From the sequence record SRR20825006_1852: a stretch of DNA of 59,852 nucleotides; one strand, given 5' to 3'. Below are positions 18,929-31,900 of this stretch, in pieces. How positions within the stretch are numbered: the first letter of the stretch is position 1; each line of letters starts with the position of its first letter. A program made the position numbers and the translations under genes. The notes under the pieces were generated by a model. It was not told the DNA's origin, made no database searches, and saw only the letters and a program-made list of their open reading frames with translations.

Positions 18929-20371
18929 ATGCCAAGTCGAAGAGAGTTTGTCCAACAGGCGAGCACCAACTTTGGGGCCCTCGCGATGGCGGTCCTGTTG
19001 CAAAACGAATCGGAGGCGGCTGGTGGTGGCGCGGTGAAAGTGCTGCACCATCCGCCCAAGGCGAAACGTGTGGTGCAACTGTTCATGGCGGGAGCAGCCA
19101 GCCACATTGATTTGTGGGATCACAAACCATTGCTCGAGAAGCTGCACGGGCAGCAATCTGATTTCGGCGAACCGGTTGAGACTTTCCAAGACGGTCTTGG
19201 GCCATGGATGAAATCGCCATTCCGTTTCTCGCCCTATGGTGAATCGAGCAAGATGCTCAGTGAGGTGGTGGCCCCGCTGGGTGACTGTGTTGACGACATT
19301 GCATTCGTTCACAACATGGTCGGAAAGACTGGCGTGCATTCTCAGGCCACTTATCTACAAGCGACCGGATTCCAGCGGCCAGGGTTCCCCGGAATGGGGT
19401 CATGGGTCAGCTATGGTCTTGGCGCGATCAACGAGAACCTACCCACATTTGTCGTGCTTCCCGATCACCGAGGTTTCGCCAGCAATGGACCGAAGAATTG
19501 GGGAGCAGCTTTTTTGCCCGCATCGGCGCAAGGGACCACGATTTTTCCACAGCGTGCAAACCCGATCGATGATCTCACCGCGCGAGCTGACTTCATTTCG
19601 GCACGAGGTGATCGAGAAGGATTGGCGATGTTAAATCGAATGAATGATCGCTACCTGCAAGAACGCCCGGGTGATTCACGGCTGGAAGCTCGCATTCGAT
19701 CGTATGAGTTGGCGGCCGCGATGCAGTTGCATGCACCCGAAGCATTGGACATTTCAGGCGAGACCGCCGAGACGATGCAGATGTACGGGCTGGATCGGAT
19801 GGGCGCAACCTATCCGGACAAAATCAATCCCGCCGAAGAGGCTGAGTACTTTGGAAGAAAGTGTTTGATCGCGCGTCGTTTGCTTGAGCGTGGCGTCCGG
19901 TTCGTTCAGATCTGGTCTGGAAACGACAACGGCTTTCCCAGACGCAACTGGGATTCGCACGAAGACATTCAGCGTGACCACGGTCCACTGGCCCACGGCA
20001 TGGCGGTTGGCACCGCCGCATTGATCAAAGACTTAAAGCGAACCGGATTGCTGGACGACACGATCGTATTGTGGACAACTGAATTCGGCCGCATGCCGAG
20101 CACGCAAGGTCAGAAAGGACGCGATCACAATCCTTACGTGTTCACGAATTGGATGTGCGGCGGCGGAATTCGCGGCGGTGTCACATCAGGCGAATCTGAC
20201 CCTTGGGGTTACAAGCCGCTTGACCGAGCCCATACGACTCAGGTTTACGACATTCATGCGACCATCTTGCATCAGTTGGGAATTGATCACACCCAACTGA
20301 CGGTTCGACACGACGGTGTTGACCGTCGATTGACTGATGTGCATGGTCACGTTCTCACCGACCTCATTTAG
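18929..20371 (+). CDS. DUF1501 domain protein (sulfatase-like fold) with twin-arginine signal
   Basis: SRREFV N-terminus; AKRVVQLFMAG, GSWVSYGLG, ARRLLERGVRFVQ, WDSH, EFGRMP, GRDHNP and DIHATILHQLG motifs; starts 5 bp after the DUF1553 gene. Confidence 0.92.
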   Translation: MPSRREFVQQASTNFGALAMAVLLQNESEAAGGGAVKVLHHPPKAKRVVQLFMAGAASHIDLWDHKPLLEKLHGQQSDFGEPVETFQDGLGPWMKSPFRFSPYGESSKMLSEVVAPLGDCVDDIAFVHNMVGKTGVHSQATYLQATGFQRPGFPGMGSWVSYGLGAINENLPTFVVLPDHRGFASNGPKNWGAAFLPASAQGTTIFPQRANPIDDLTARADFISARGDREGLAMLNRMNDRYLQERPGDSRLEARIRSYELAAAMQLHAPEALDISGETAETMQMYGLDRMGATYPDKINPAEEAEYFGRKCLIARRLLERGVRFVQIWSGNDNGFPRRNWDSHEDIQRDHGPLAHGMAVGTAALIKDLKRTGLLDDTIVLWTTEFGRMPSTQGQKGRDHNPYVFTNWMCGGGIRGGVTSGESDPWGYKPLDRAHTTQVYDIHATILHQLGIDHTQLTVRHDGVDRRLTDVHGHVLTDLI

Positions 20372-20390
20372 CGAGGGCGGTCGGTCGCAC

Positions 20391-21509
20391 TCACTGTTTT
20401 TGGTCGTGAGTGCAGTCGGGATCTCGATCGACCGGCGTTCCGACTTGATCAACCGGATGAGTGAATAGGTATCGCCAGACCGCCTCGTGTTTGTATTCGC
20501 CTGTTTGAGGATCTTTGGCGGCGGAGCGACCTGGTTGAACACTGCTGTGGGCCCGCTTGGCGTCTCCGTTGACATCGAAGTCGGTGATCAAGCGACGCGT
20601 GTGGCCGTAGGGTGTCGACTGTTCGTCTACATTGACGATTGGGCCAAACGCGTTGAGTCCGAGCATTTCCCAGCTGCGGCAATAGTGGTCATCGACCCAG
20701 CCACCATCCAACACATGCGAGAACGCGAAATAGCGATTGGGCGGCGTCGCGGATGGAAGGGCTTGCCAATTTTGATACTGATCACGAGGTCCACACAAAG
20801 CGACCACGCGAGCGACGCGTTGGTGTTTCGCGAATCGCGAGGCGGTCGTCGAACCGTGGGAGCTGCCAGCGACAATGACTTTGTCCCAGTTCAGGTCCGT
20901 TCGGTCTTCGTTGAGGAATTGCTCCCAGTTTCCCGGTGAGTTTCGCTCGGCCAGCCAGCGAACGAATTGGAAAGCTCGTTCGGACATCCCATCAGGTTTG
21001 GACAAGTCAACTTCGTCGGTGTAGTCTTCGCCGGTGGCCGCTTCCAGCCGCATGTTTCCGCGACAGGTCGGCGGAACTGGATTTTCTTGGCAGCAGATGC
21101 TGAACCACTTGTTTGCGTAGTGGACTCGAATCGCATGCAGGCCATAGTCGCCCAACTTTTCGAATAATTGAGAGTTGTGACCCATCAACCAAATCACCAA
21201 TTGGCCGCGAGAATTGACGTTGGGGTTGAACATCGCCTGCTGCTGATCGGCAGGTTTTCCCTTCGCGTCTTCGATCAGGTAGTTGATTTCTGGGTATGCC
21301 TTCACACGCGGATCGATCTCGGATGCCCGTGCGGTAATCTGAAAACGATCTTGTTTGGCGGCGTTTTCGGCTGGCCCACGGGTTTGGGCTGTGACGATGG
21401 AAGGGAAGAGAAGGGCCCATCCGGCCAGAGCGGCGGAGACGGCCGACAGGGCGTGGGTTTTCAGGCGAGATTCTCGCAATGAAGGGAACGAGGGTGTGAA
21501 ACTCGGCAT
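20391..21509 (-). CDS. Secreted alpha/beta-hydrolase-like protein (BPSS1187-like)
   Basis: Hydrophobic signal-like N-terminus, nucleophile-elbow motif VAGSSHG, candidate Asp (FSHVLDG) and His (AHSSV) residues. Confidence 0.6.
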   Translation of the reverse strand: MPSFTPSFPSLRESRLKTHALSAVSAALAGWALLFPSIVTAQTRGPAENAAKQDRFQITARASEIDPRVKAYPEINYLIEDAKGKPADQQQAMFNPNVNSRGQLVIWLMGHNSQLFEKLGDYGLHAIRVHYANKWFSICCQENPVPPTCRGNMRLEAATGEDYTDEVDLSKPDGMSERAFQFVRWLAERNSPGNWEQFLNEDRTDLNWDKVIVAGSSHGSTTASRFAKHQRVARVVALCGPRDQYQNWQALPSATPPNRYFAFSHVLDGGWVDDHYCRSWEMLGLNAFGPIVNVDEQSTPYGHTRRLITDFDVNGDAKRAHSSVQPGRSAAKDPQTGEYKHEAVWRYLFTHPVDQVGTPVDRDPDCTHDQKQ

Positions 21510-21817
21510 GGGGTCACTTGCGGGGGAGAGGGGATTTGGGGAGGGGACGATTGAACGTCGTCACTACGATAGCCAAAATTCAGAGGGTTTTCGTGATCCA
21601 ACGATGGGTGGTACCTTTAAACCACTGATTTTGAGCCGATTTGTCGTCTGATCGATCTGCGGTGGAACGTGAACAAGGCCCTGATTCACGGTGTGTTTCG
21701 CACCACGCTGTTTTCCTATGTCGTTCCGTTTCCTACGTCGTTTCCCAGCGGAAGTGCTCTGACTCTGTCATCGAATTGTTTGTCCAGATGTTTCGTTTTT
21801 GATTTCCAGGTGATCCG

Positions 21818-22957
21818 TTGACCTACTTTGGTTTCGTGCTCAAAGGCCTGTGGCGGCGACCGCTGCGAACGGGGCTGACGCTGATGGCATTGGCCACGGC
21901 GATCGGTTCGGTGATGGCTTTGTCGGGAGTGGCCGAAGGGTTCACGGAGTCTTTTCGAGGCGTGTACGAATCGCACCGTGTCGACGTCGTTGTCTCACGA
22001 CAGGGATCGGCGGATCGATTGAGCAGTTCACTGGAAGAGTCTTATGTCGCGGATGTTGCCCAGGTAGAAGGCGTCTCCGATGCGGCAGGGGTCTTGCTAG
22101 AAACTTTGTCGGCGGAAGACCAGCAGGTTTATGGGATTCCGGCGATGGGCATGCGGACGGATTCGTGGTTGTTCACCGATTATGAAATGCGTGCTGCCAA
22201 TGCAGGGATGGCTGAAGGCGTCCCGACGATCGGGCAGGTTTACTTGGGTGAGAATTTGGCAGGCCGGTTGGATTGCGAGCCCGGCGCGGTCTTGAATTTG
22301 TTCGACGAACCATTCTTGGTCGCGGGTGTTTTTCAAAGCGGAAGCGTTTGGGAAAACGGTTCCATGATTGTGCCGTTGAACCAACTTCAGGAGTTGGCCG
22401 GAAGGGACGGGCAAATCACATACATCAACGTGGTGTTGGATAATTCAATTGAAGCAACGCAGGTCGATTCTGTCGTGAAGCGGATCACTGCGGTGGACGC
22501 AAAGTTGTTGCCACTAGCAACGGATGAATTTGTGCGGTCCGACACGCGAATGCAACTGGCCGGCGCGATGGCTTGGATGACATCGACGATCGCGTTGTTG
22601 GTTGGTGCAATCGGAACGCTCAACACGATGATGACCAGCGTTTTGGAGCGGACCGGTGAAATTGGAATTCTGCGAGCGATCGGCTGGCCGGCCAAGCGAA
22701 TCGCCGGCGTGATTTTGTGTGAATCGGTGATGCTCGCTTTGTTGGCATCTGTCTTCGGCGGGATTGGTGCCAGTTTGTTGCTCAATGTATTAGCAAACAG
22801 TGAGGCAACCGGTGGATTGCTGCAACCGACCATCGCGACCAGCGTGTGGGCTCGAGGAATGGTGGTTGGTTTAGGGATAGGGATTTTGGGGGCATCGTTG
22901 CCCATTTGGCGTGCGTCGCAAATGCGACCGACCGATGCTCTTCGCCACCAGGGATGA
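21818..22957 (+). CDS. ABC transporter permease, MacB/FtsX family
   Basis: LWRRPLRTGLT N-terminal TM, large periplasmic domain and NTMMTSVLERTGEIGILRAIGW signature; ends in PTDALR. Confidence 0.9.
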   Translation: MTYFGFVLKGLWRRPLRTGLTLMALATAIGSVMALSGVAEGFTESFRGVYESHRVDVVVSRQGSADRLSSSLEESYVADVAQVEGVSDAAGVLLETLSAEDQQVYGIPAMGMRTDSWLFTDYEMRAANAGMAEGVPTIGQVYLGENLAGRLDCEPGAVLNLFDEPFLVAGVFQSGSVWENGSMIVPLNQLQELAGRDGQITYINVVLDNSIEATQVDSVVKRITAVDAKLLPLATDEFVRSDTRMQLAGAMAWMTSTIALLVGAIGTLNTMMTSVLERTGEIGILRAIGWPAKRIAGVILCESVMLALLASVFGGIGASLLLNVLANSEATGGLLQPTIATSVWARGMVVGLGIGILGASLPIWRASQMRPTDALRHQG

Positions 22958-22960
22958 CCG

Positions 22961-25900
22961 GTGAGCGATCGACCTAGGACACAAACGAACTTTTCGAAGA
23001 TAGGGATTGGCGTGAGGAACGAACCACTTGCCGTTGTGGGCATCGGTTGTCGCTTCCCCGGGGATGCGAATGATCCATCCGCGTTTTGGGACCTGCTGGC
23101 ATCGGGAACAGATGCCATCTCCAAAACCCCCGAGGACCGATGGAACCTGAAGAAGTTCTATCGGCCCGATGAGCCAATGCTTGGCAAAACCCAGAGCCAA
23201 TGGGGTGGCTACGTTCGCGGTATCGACCAATTCGACCCGACGTTGTTTGGTATCTCGCCACGCGAAGCCGCGGCAATGGATCCTCAGCAACGGATGTTGT
23301 TGGAAGTCGCCTATCGGGCAATGGAGGACGGCGGTGCGCCACTGGGTTCGCTGGCCGGTCGACCGGTCGCCGTGTTCACTGGGATCAGCAGCATCGATTA
23401 CGCGGTTGCCAGCTTGAGTTTTGAAGATCGCGGTGAGTTGGGACCCTACACGAACACCGGATCATCCAGCAGCATTGCCGCCAATCGCATCTCGTATTGC
23501 TTTGATTTGCGTGGTCCCAGCGTCGCCGTTGACACAGCATGCTCTTCGTCTTTGGTTGCGTTGCACATGGCCTGCCAAGCGATCTGGAACGGCGAAGCCG
23601 AGACGGCACTTGCCGGCGGTGTCAATGCGCTGATCATGCCCGATTTTTACGTAGCTTTCAGCCAGCTTGGCGTGTTGTCACCCGACGGACGTTGCAAGAC
23701 ATTTGATTCGCGCGCCAATGGCTATGCCCGTAGCGAAGGCGCGGGAATGGTGATGCTGAAGCCGCTTCGTGAAGCGCAGAAAAATGGCGACCGAATCTAT
23801 TGCACGATTCGAGCAACAGCACTGAACCAAGACGGCAGAACACCTGGGTTGACCGTCCCCAGTGGTGAGCAACAAGAACGATTGGTCAAACGCACGTGCG
23901 AGTTGGCCGAGGTCGATCCGGCAGACGTCCAGTACTTTGAAGCTCATGGAACCGGGACCGCTGTTGGTGATCCGATCGAAGCGGGGGCGCTCGGGCGAGT
24001 CATTGCATCGAGCAGTCAGAAACGCGAAGCACCTTGCCGCATCGGCTCGGTGAAAACCAACATTGGTCACCTGGAGGCCGGTGCGGGAATCGCAAGTTTG
24101 ATCAAGGTCGCGCTGTCGATGCACCACCAGGCCATTCCGCCTCACCTGCATCTGCAGACGCCGAATCCCGAAATCGATCTGAGCGGGTGGAACCTTCACA
24201 TACCAACCCACTTGGAATCCTGGGACGCAGATGGTCCGGCACGAATCGCTGGCATCAATGGTTTCGGTTACGGTGGCGCCAATGGACATGTGATTGTCGA
24301 AGAAGCACCGCGGCGTTCAAAATCGAAAGCTTCCGTTGTGCTTGATTCAGGCCGTGCGGCGGAAAGTTCGAATCGGAACACCAGTGCGTTAGTCTTGCCC
24401 GTTTCGGCAACGGACCGGAAGTCTCTCGCGAATGTCGCAAGTCACTGGAACGAATGGCTGTCGGAAAATACCGATGTCGGTAAAGATTCTCTCGGTATGG
24501 TCGCTGTTGCTGGAACCGCGGCTCACTACCGAACGCACCACGATGTCCGCACATTGGTTGTCGGCGAAGACTTCGAGTCGCTACGAGATGAGCTGACTCA
24601 TTTGTCAGAGTCGTTACGGTCGAATGACAATGCGAACGAGGCCGCCGTTGTTCCATCACGATTGACCAGTGAAGAACGCAGTCGGGGCATCGTGTTTTTG
24701 TGTTGCGGACAAGGACCACAATGGTGGGCGATGGGACGTGGGCTCTATCGAGACAACATGGTGTTTCGGAAGACCATTGAACGGATTGATGCCGAGTTTC
24801 GAAAACATGCGTCGGAATGGTCGTTGATCGAAGAGCTTCATCGCGATTCGGAAACGACTCGGATGAATCGCACATCAATTGCACAGCCTGCGTTGTTTGC
24901 GATCCAAGTTGCACAAGCGGAGATGTGGACGTCGGTTGGTATTCGGCCGAGTTTGATCATTGGGCACAGTGTCGGCGAAATCGCTGCGGCTCATCTCTCA
25001 GGTGGATTGGATTTTGCGGATGCCTGTCGAGTGGCAATCCATCGCGGCCGAACAATGGATCTGGCAACCAGTCGCGGCGCCATGATCGCCGTGGGACTGA
25101 CCGAGCAAGAAGCTACGAAGCGAATTGCGGGTCTCGCAAAAATCGATCCGAAAATGCCCGAGTCCGTTGCAATCGCGGCGGTCAATGGCCCGGCATCGAT
25201 CACTTTGTCGGGCGACAGCGAAGCGATTGAACGATTGGCGACTTCGATCGAAGAAGACGGCATTTTTTGTCGACGGTTGGCAGTCGAGTACGCGTTCCAC
25301 AGTCCGCAAATGGATCCCGTTCGCGAAGAATTGTTGCGGTCACTTGATGGGATTCAGACTCGGCCTCTGCACACGCCGATGATCTCGACCGTGACGGGGC
25401 GTGCCATCGACGAATCAGATTCCTTGGCCGGTGATTATTGGTGGACGAACGTACGAAAGGGTGTTCGATTTGCCGATGCGGTCATGACGGCGGCAAGGTC
25501 CGGCTATGGCGTCGGAGTTGAACTCGGGCCGCACCCGGTGCTGGCTTTCGCGACGACGGAGTGTTACGGCCACACGTCACAGAACATCCAGTTGATCGCA
25601 ACGGCACGCCGCCCAAAGCCCGATCCAACTGCTGGCGATTTGGAATTGTTTGACCATGACGAGAGTCAGTGGCTGGACGGAGTCAGTGACTTGTTCTCGT
25701 TTGGGTTTGACCTGGATTGGTCGGGATTGATTTCGCGGCCAAGTGAGAGGGCGGAACTTCCGCTCTATCCAATGCAGCGTCAAAGTTTGTGGACGGAATC
25801 GGAGCAATCACGGCGTAGCCGACTGATGATATCGGTTCATCCGCTACTGGGTGACCCAGACCCTTCGGCCGATCCAGTATTCCGCGGCCGAATTGACGGG

Positions 25901-28900
25901 GACAATCAAGCTTATCTGTTCGATCACCGAGTCCGCAGTGCGGCGATGTTCCCTGCCGCTGCAGGGCTCGAAATGTCACTGGCAGGAACGCTTTCGGTGC
26001 TTTCACGAGCGAGCGAATTGGCTGGTGATCCTGCACCGAATCGAATTCGCTTGCAGCGTTTGCAATTGCTCAATGCACTGATTCTGGATGAGTCGCAACC
26101 ACATCGATTGGAAACCTCGTTGGCGGGTGATCGGCGTTCGATTGAGATTCGATACCGTGAGATTCCCGGCGAGGCTTGGACGTCACTTCTTGCTGCAACT
26201 CATGGGACTCCGTCGCCGATTGATGCCGATACCAAGCGTGCGGAATTAATTGCCGGTCGAGAGCGATGTTTGCAATCGTTCAATGACAAAGATTGCTATG
26301 ACTATTGCCAGTCGATTGGGTTGAACTACGGACCTGCGTTCCAAGGGATCCGGCAAGGCGTCCGGCGTGACGGCGAGTCGATTGCGACGGTGCGGCTAGA
26401 TGAATCTGTTCGCACGCCGGCGTTTGATGCGGAGGCATCGCTTTACCTCGTTCATCCCGCGGTGCTGGATAGTTGCTTCCACGCGATGGTCGTTTGCGAT
26501 CCTCTGTTTGGACGTTCGCCCGGCGGTTTGTATCTGCCGCACGAAATGGAAGACGTCCAAATCGATTTGGAGCAAATTCAGTCGGCTGGTTTGGATCGCG
26601 ATCTGACCGTCCATGCGAAAATTCGACTGAAGACAGAGCATCGCCTATTGGCGGACTTGGATTTGTTCTTGGACGACGGAACGCATGTCGGGTCAATCGT
26701 TGGATTTGAAAGCCGCCGCGTGGGCGCCGAGAGCGAACAGTCGACCAAGGACTTGATGTATCGCTATCGCTGGCAAGTTGATGATTCGGAGGAAATCCCC
26801 GTCACGGAGAATGAAAAGTTCGTCGTGTTCTCTCCAGCGGATTTGGCGGATGAGCTCGTTCGTGGTTGGGGTAAATCTCGCGAGGAATTCATCTGGGTGC
26901 ATCCCATCCAAGACCCGTCGCAGCAACCGACACAATTTGTCGGTGACAAATCGGTCGAGCAAGAATGTTATTGGGTTGATGCCGATGATGCGCAATCGTT
27001 TTCGCGATTGTGGGATGAGCTTGGAGTGTCTGCATCAACCGACAATTGGCACTTGGTTTATCTGTGGGCCATCGATGCGGTGGATCCGCTGTCGTTGGAG
27101 GCGATGTCTTCAAAGCAAGCCAGTGACGCTTTGCGAGACAGCACGCTCGTAACCACACGGGCTCCATTGAATCTGGTCCAAAGCTGGGAGGCGATCGCTG
27201 ATCGGCCGCAGACACGATTGACCATGGTGACGCTCGGGGCTCAGTCAGGCGATGAGCTAGACCAGCCTGTTTCCGCGATCCAAATGCCTTTGGTTGGGAT
27301 CGGCCGAGTCATCGTGAGCGAAATCGGATCGCTGCGAACACGTTTGGTCGATTGTGACCCCAACGCGAATTTCCCTTTGCAGGGTTTGGCCGCTGAATGG
27401 TTGCGGGACGATGCGGAAGACGAAGTCATGTTGCGGGAAGGCGTGCGTTACGTGCATCGTTTTGTGCCCGACATGCACCGAGAACTTCAGTCGTCGCTTT
27501 TGGGATCGGATGAACGTCCCGCATGCCGTCTGACCAAAGGTGCCGCTTCGGGAGTCGACGAACTGAAGCATCAGGCGTTCGGCCGGAGTGAACCGGGGAC
27601 CGGTGAAGTCGAAATCCAAGTTGCTGGTGCCGGGTTGAACTTCAGCGATGTGATGAAGGTGTTGGACTTGTATCCCGGATTGCCACCGGGACCGGTGGCA
27701 CTGGGGGCTGAAGTCAGCGGTGTTGTCACAGCGGTCGGTGAAGACGTCGATGGATTTGTGATCGGCGACGATGTCATCGCAGTCGCACCCGGCGGTTTTG
27801 CGACACATGTCATGGTCAACGCCGCATTGGTTGCGAAGGCTCCTGCTTCAATCGATTTGGTCGATGCATCAGCTATCCCAGTCGCGTGGCTGACCGCGGA
27901 TCACGCCATGAACACGTGTGCTCGGTTGCGAGATGATGAATCGATTTTGATTCATGCGGCCAGTGGTGGTGTCGGGTTGGCGGCGATTGAAGTGGCTCAA
28001 GAATTGGGCGTGGAAGTCTTCGCAACCGCGGGAAGCGATCTCAAACGCGATCATGTTCGATCGATGGGCGTCGAGCACGTTCACGATTCGCGATCGTTGA
28101 ACTTCGTTTCCGAAATTGCGAATTTGACTGAGGCTCGAGGGGAACCAGGGATCGATGCGATTCTTAATTCGCTGCCTGGCGAAGCGATTCCGGCGGGGAT
28201 GAGTTTGCTTCGTGTTGGTGGTCGATTCTTGGAAATCGGTAAGCGAGATATTTACGCCGATCAGTCTTTGGGGATGTACCCGCTACGTAACAATCTCGCA
28301 TTCTTTGCGATCGATTTGGATCAGCTGTTTCAGCAGCAAGCCATCCGAATGGGCAAGCGATTGCGAGAGGTGGTCCAGAAGTTCAATTCGAAAATTTATC
28401 GTGGGCATGAACCCAAGCGGTTTGAGGCGACAGAGGCGGCTTCCGCTTTTCGGTTCATGCAGCAAGCCAAACATATCGGAAAGGTGATTGTCGACTACAC
28501 CTCGCCACCCGCCAAAGTGCGAGCTCGCGATGATGGCGAATTTCAGTTCCGAGCCGATGGGACTTACTGGTTGGCTGGCGGATTGGGTGGATTCGGATTG
28601 CGGGTTGCGGATTGGATGTCAGAATCCGGTGCCGGGACATTGGTGCTGAGCGGCCGGAGCAAAACGGTTCGCGATCAAGCCGTTCCAGTCATCGAGCGTA
28701 TGCGTTCTCGAGGCACGCAGGTTGTCGTGCTGCCTTGCGATATCACTGATCCCGATGACATTCAGCGGACTCTCGACCAAATTGATGAAGAGTTGCCGCC
28801 ATTGCGAGGCGTATTACACACGGCAATGGTGCTGGAAGACAAGATGATTGTCGACCTCGATCGCGAGACGCTCGATCGAGTGTTGTGGCCGAAGGTTTTG

Positions 28901-31900
28901 GGCGGATGGAATCTCCACCAAGCGACTCGCAATCGAGTCTTGGACCAATTCATTTTGTTCTCGTCGCTATCGAGTGTGTTTGGTCATGCTGGACAAGCCA
29001 ACTACTCCGCCGCAAATGCATTGTTGGATGGGTTGGCTCATCACCGACGTGTATCCGGTCTTCCCGCGACGGTGATCAATTGGGGGCACCTTGGCGAAGT
29101 CGGATACCTGGCGGAACGCGAAGAGTTGAGTGAACGTCTTCGACGGCAGGGTGTGTTGGATTTCTCGTCGACCGAAGCGACGGAATGTTTGGCTCGTGCA
29201 TTGCACCGAGGATCCACACAGTGCAGTGTGCTGCGAATGGATTGGTCGCGTTGGCGAGGATTGGGACTGACTAAAGATGTCTCGCCGAGGTTTGCGCACT
29301 TGATTCGCGGAGGCAACGATGCCGAACAAACAATCAACGGTGAATCACTGCGCCAGATCGCAGCGTCAGATCGTGAGCGATGTCTGCACGAAGTTGTTTC
29401 GGTGAAGCTGGCTTCATTGCTGGGTGGCAACGTCGCTGAGTTGGATGCCGACCGGCCGATGTTGGAGATGGGATTGGATTCCTTGATGGCCGTCGAGCTT
29501 CGCAACTGGATCGAAGGTCAGTTGCAGTTGAAACTCCAAATCGGTGCGTTGATGCGAGGATCCAGCCTCCGATCGTTGGTCGCAACGCTCAGTGATTCAT
29601 TGGCAATGGAAACCGGCGATGCATCAGGTTCGTCGACGCGCGTGGGAACCGGAGTCCAAGAAGACATCGCTGATGATCCAGCGATGCAGGATCGCCAACG
29701 CTATCCGATGTCGGATCAGCAAACCGGGCTGTGGTACGCGTTTCGTCGCAACCGAAACGGCACGGCGTTCAACGTTTTCCTGCCGACACGATTGCGTGCC
29801 CCTTTGGACGTCGACGCTTTGCGGAAATCGATCGAGGGTGTGGTGCAGCGGCATGCCGCATTGCGAACCACGTTCACGGATTCGTCAGGCGAATTGCAGC
29901 AGATTGTTCACGACGAATTGAAACCTGAGTTTGTCGTCGAGGATTGGTCGACGTCGAATGGTCGCATGCATACGGAAGATGAACTGCTTCAATCCGTAGT
30001 CGCGGAAACTCAACGGCCATTTGATTTGCAGAATGGACCCATGATGCGAATCCGATTGTTTCGTTTGGCCGACGATGACTGGGTGGTGGTCGCGACAACG
30101 CATCATATCGTCGTCGACTTCTGGTCGCTGATCTTGATTCTTGGCGAAATCAAACAGTTCTACCCACAGTATTTGGTGGGGGATTCGCCGGCCATTGTTC
30201 CGCCGGAAAAGGACTACTTTGAGTTGGTGTTGCGGCAGCGTCATTTGCTGAATTTGCCGCGAGGTCAGTCGTTGAAGGAATACTGGACGACCACGCTTGC
30301 CGACGTGCCCAAAGTGTTGGAGATTCCCACAGATCGTATTCGCCCAACGACATTCACCCAATCGGCGAAAGTTGTTGGGATCGAATGCGCCGAAGAGGTG
30401 GGGGTAGCGATCAACCGGGTCGCCAGACAGGCTCAGGTGACATCGTCTTCAGTGGTGATGGCAGCACTTCAGGTGATGTTGAAGCGAGCGAGCGGCCAAG
30501 ACAAGTTTGTTATCGGCAGTCCGTTTGCGGGGCGAACCTATTCGGATCTAGAAGACACGGTTGGGTTCTTCGTGAACATGTTGCCATTGGTCGCGGATGT
30601 TTCCGGAAACCCAACGTTTGTTGATTTGGTTCGTCGTGCCGGCGATCGTCTGGTCGATTCGATGCAACATGAGGAGTATCCGTTTGCACAAATCGTTCGA
30701 GATGTGGATCCGCCTCGCGACACGGGACGCAGTCCGCTGATTCAGGTTTCTTGCACCTTCGAAAAAGCTCACGTTCGGGAGGAGGAGGGACGCGCCGGCT
30801 ACTTGTTCCCGTCCGCGACGGAGGTCAAGGAAATTGGAGGGTTGAAGCAGGAAAGCTTTCCGGTACCGCACCAAACTTGTCACTACGATTTGGAATTCAT
30901 CTTCGAGATGACAGGCGACCATCTCGGCGGGATGATTGTTTTTTGCCAGGATCTGTACGAAGCCGACACGATGCGGGCGATGGCAGATCAATTCGTTGCA
31001 TTGCTTGGGAAATTGGTTGCAGAACCCGATGCGCCGATCGATACGATTCAGACAATCGAAGTTGCCTCGCGTCCAAGTGGCAATTCGAATGCGTCGCGAA
31101 ATGGTGCGGCAAAGAACGAGCATCAGACATTGAACGCATTGATCGCTGATGCCGCCAATCGGACCGATCAGTCGATGGAATCGGAGTCTCATGCGAGATC
31201 GATAGCGGGTAGCAATGGACGTCGATCGTTCAATCGATTGTTCCGTTCTCCGAAATTGAAACCAGCTAGTCCTTCGCTTTCCTACTCCGCCGAATCGATC
31301 GCCCCAGGATCAATTGCGACGCGAGAGTTGATCGCACGTCGTTTGCGATCGCATCATGTGGAACTTGGCGATTTTGTTCCTGTGCTCGCCAAGCCAGGCA
31401 AGCGAGCGGTTGATTTGATTTTGTCGTTGCAGCAAATCGGTGCGGTTCCGGTGCCACTGGATGCGACTCGTCCGTCGGTGTTGCTCGACTTAGTGCTCAA
31501 GCAAACAAACGCCAAGACAATTGTGGTGGATGATCCCGGTGACATAGAAATTTCAGGTGTGCGCAAGCTGACTTGGGATCAGCTCACTGGAACACAAAAT
31601 GGTGCGTCCAATGGAAACGGCAAGTCCTCGGCCAACGGGAATGCGAAATCGACTGTCGTTTCAAGCAGCGACGCCGCCTATGTAATTTACACGTCGGGGA
31701 CGACTGGCGTGCCGAAGGGAGTGATCGTTTCGCATGGTGCGATTGCGAATACTCTGCGATGGCGCGGTCGGATCACGCCGCTGAACTCCGCTGACAAGAT
31801 GCTGATGCCGTTGTCGCATCAGTTCGATGCAGGGTTGGGGATGACATTGTTTGCCTACTCGCAAGGTGCCGAAGTGATATGGCCCAGTGCGGAGAACGTG

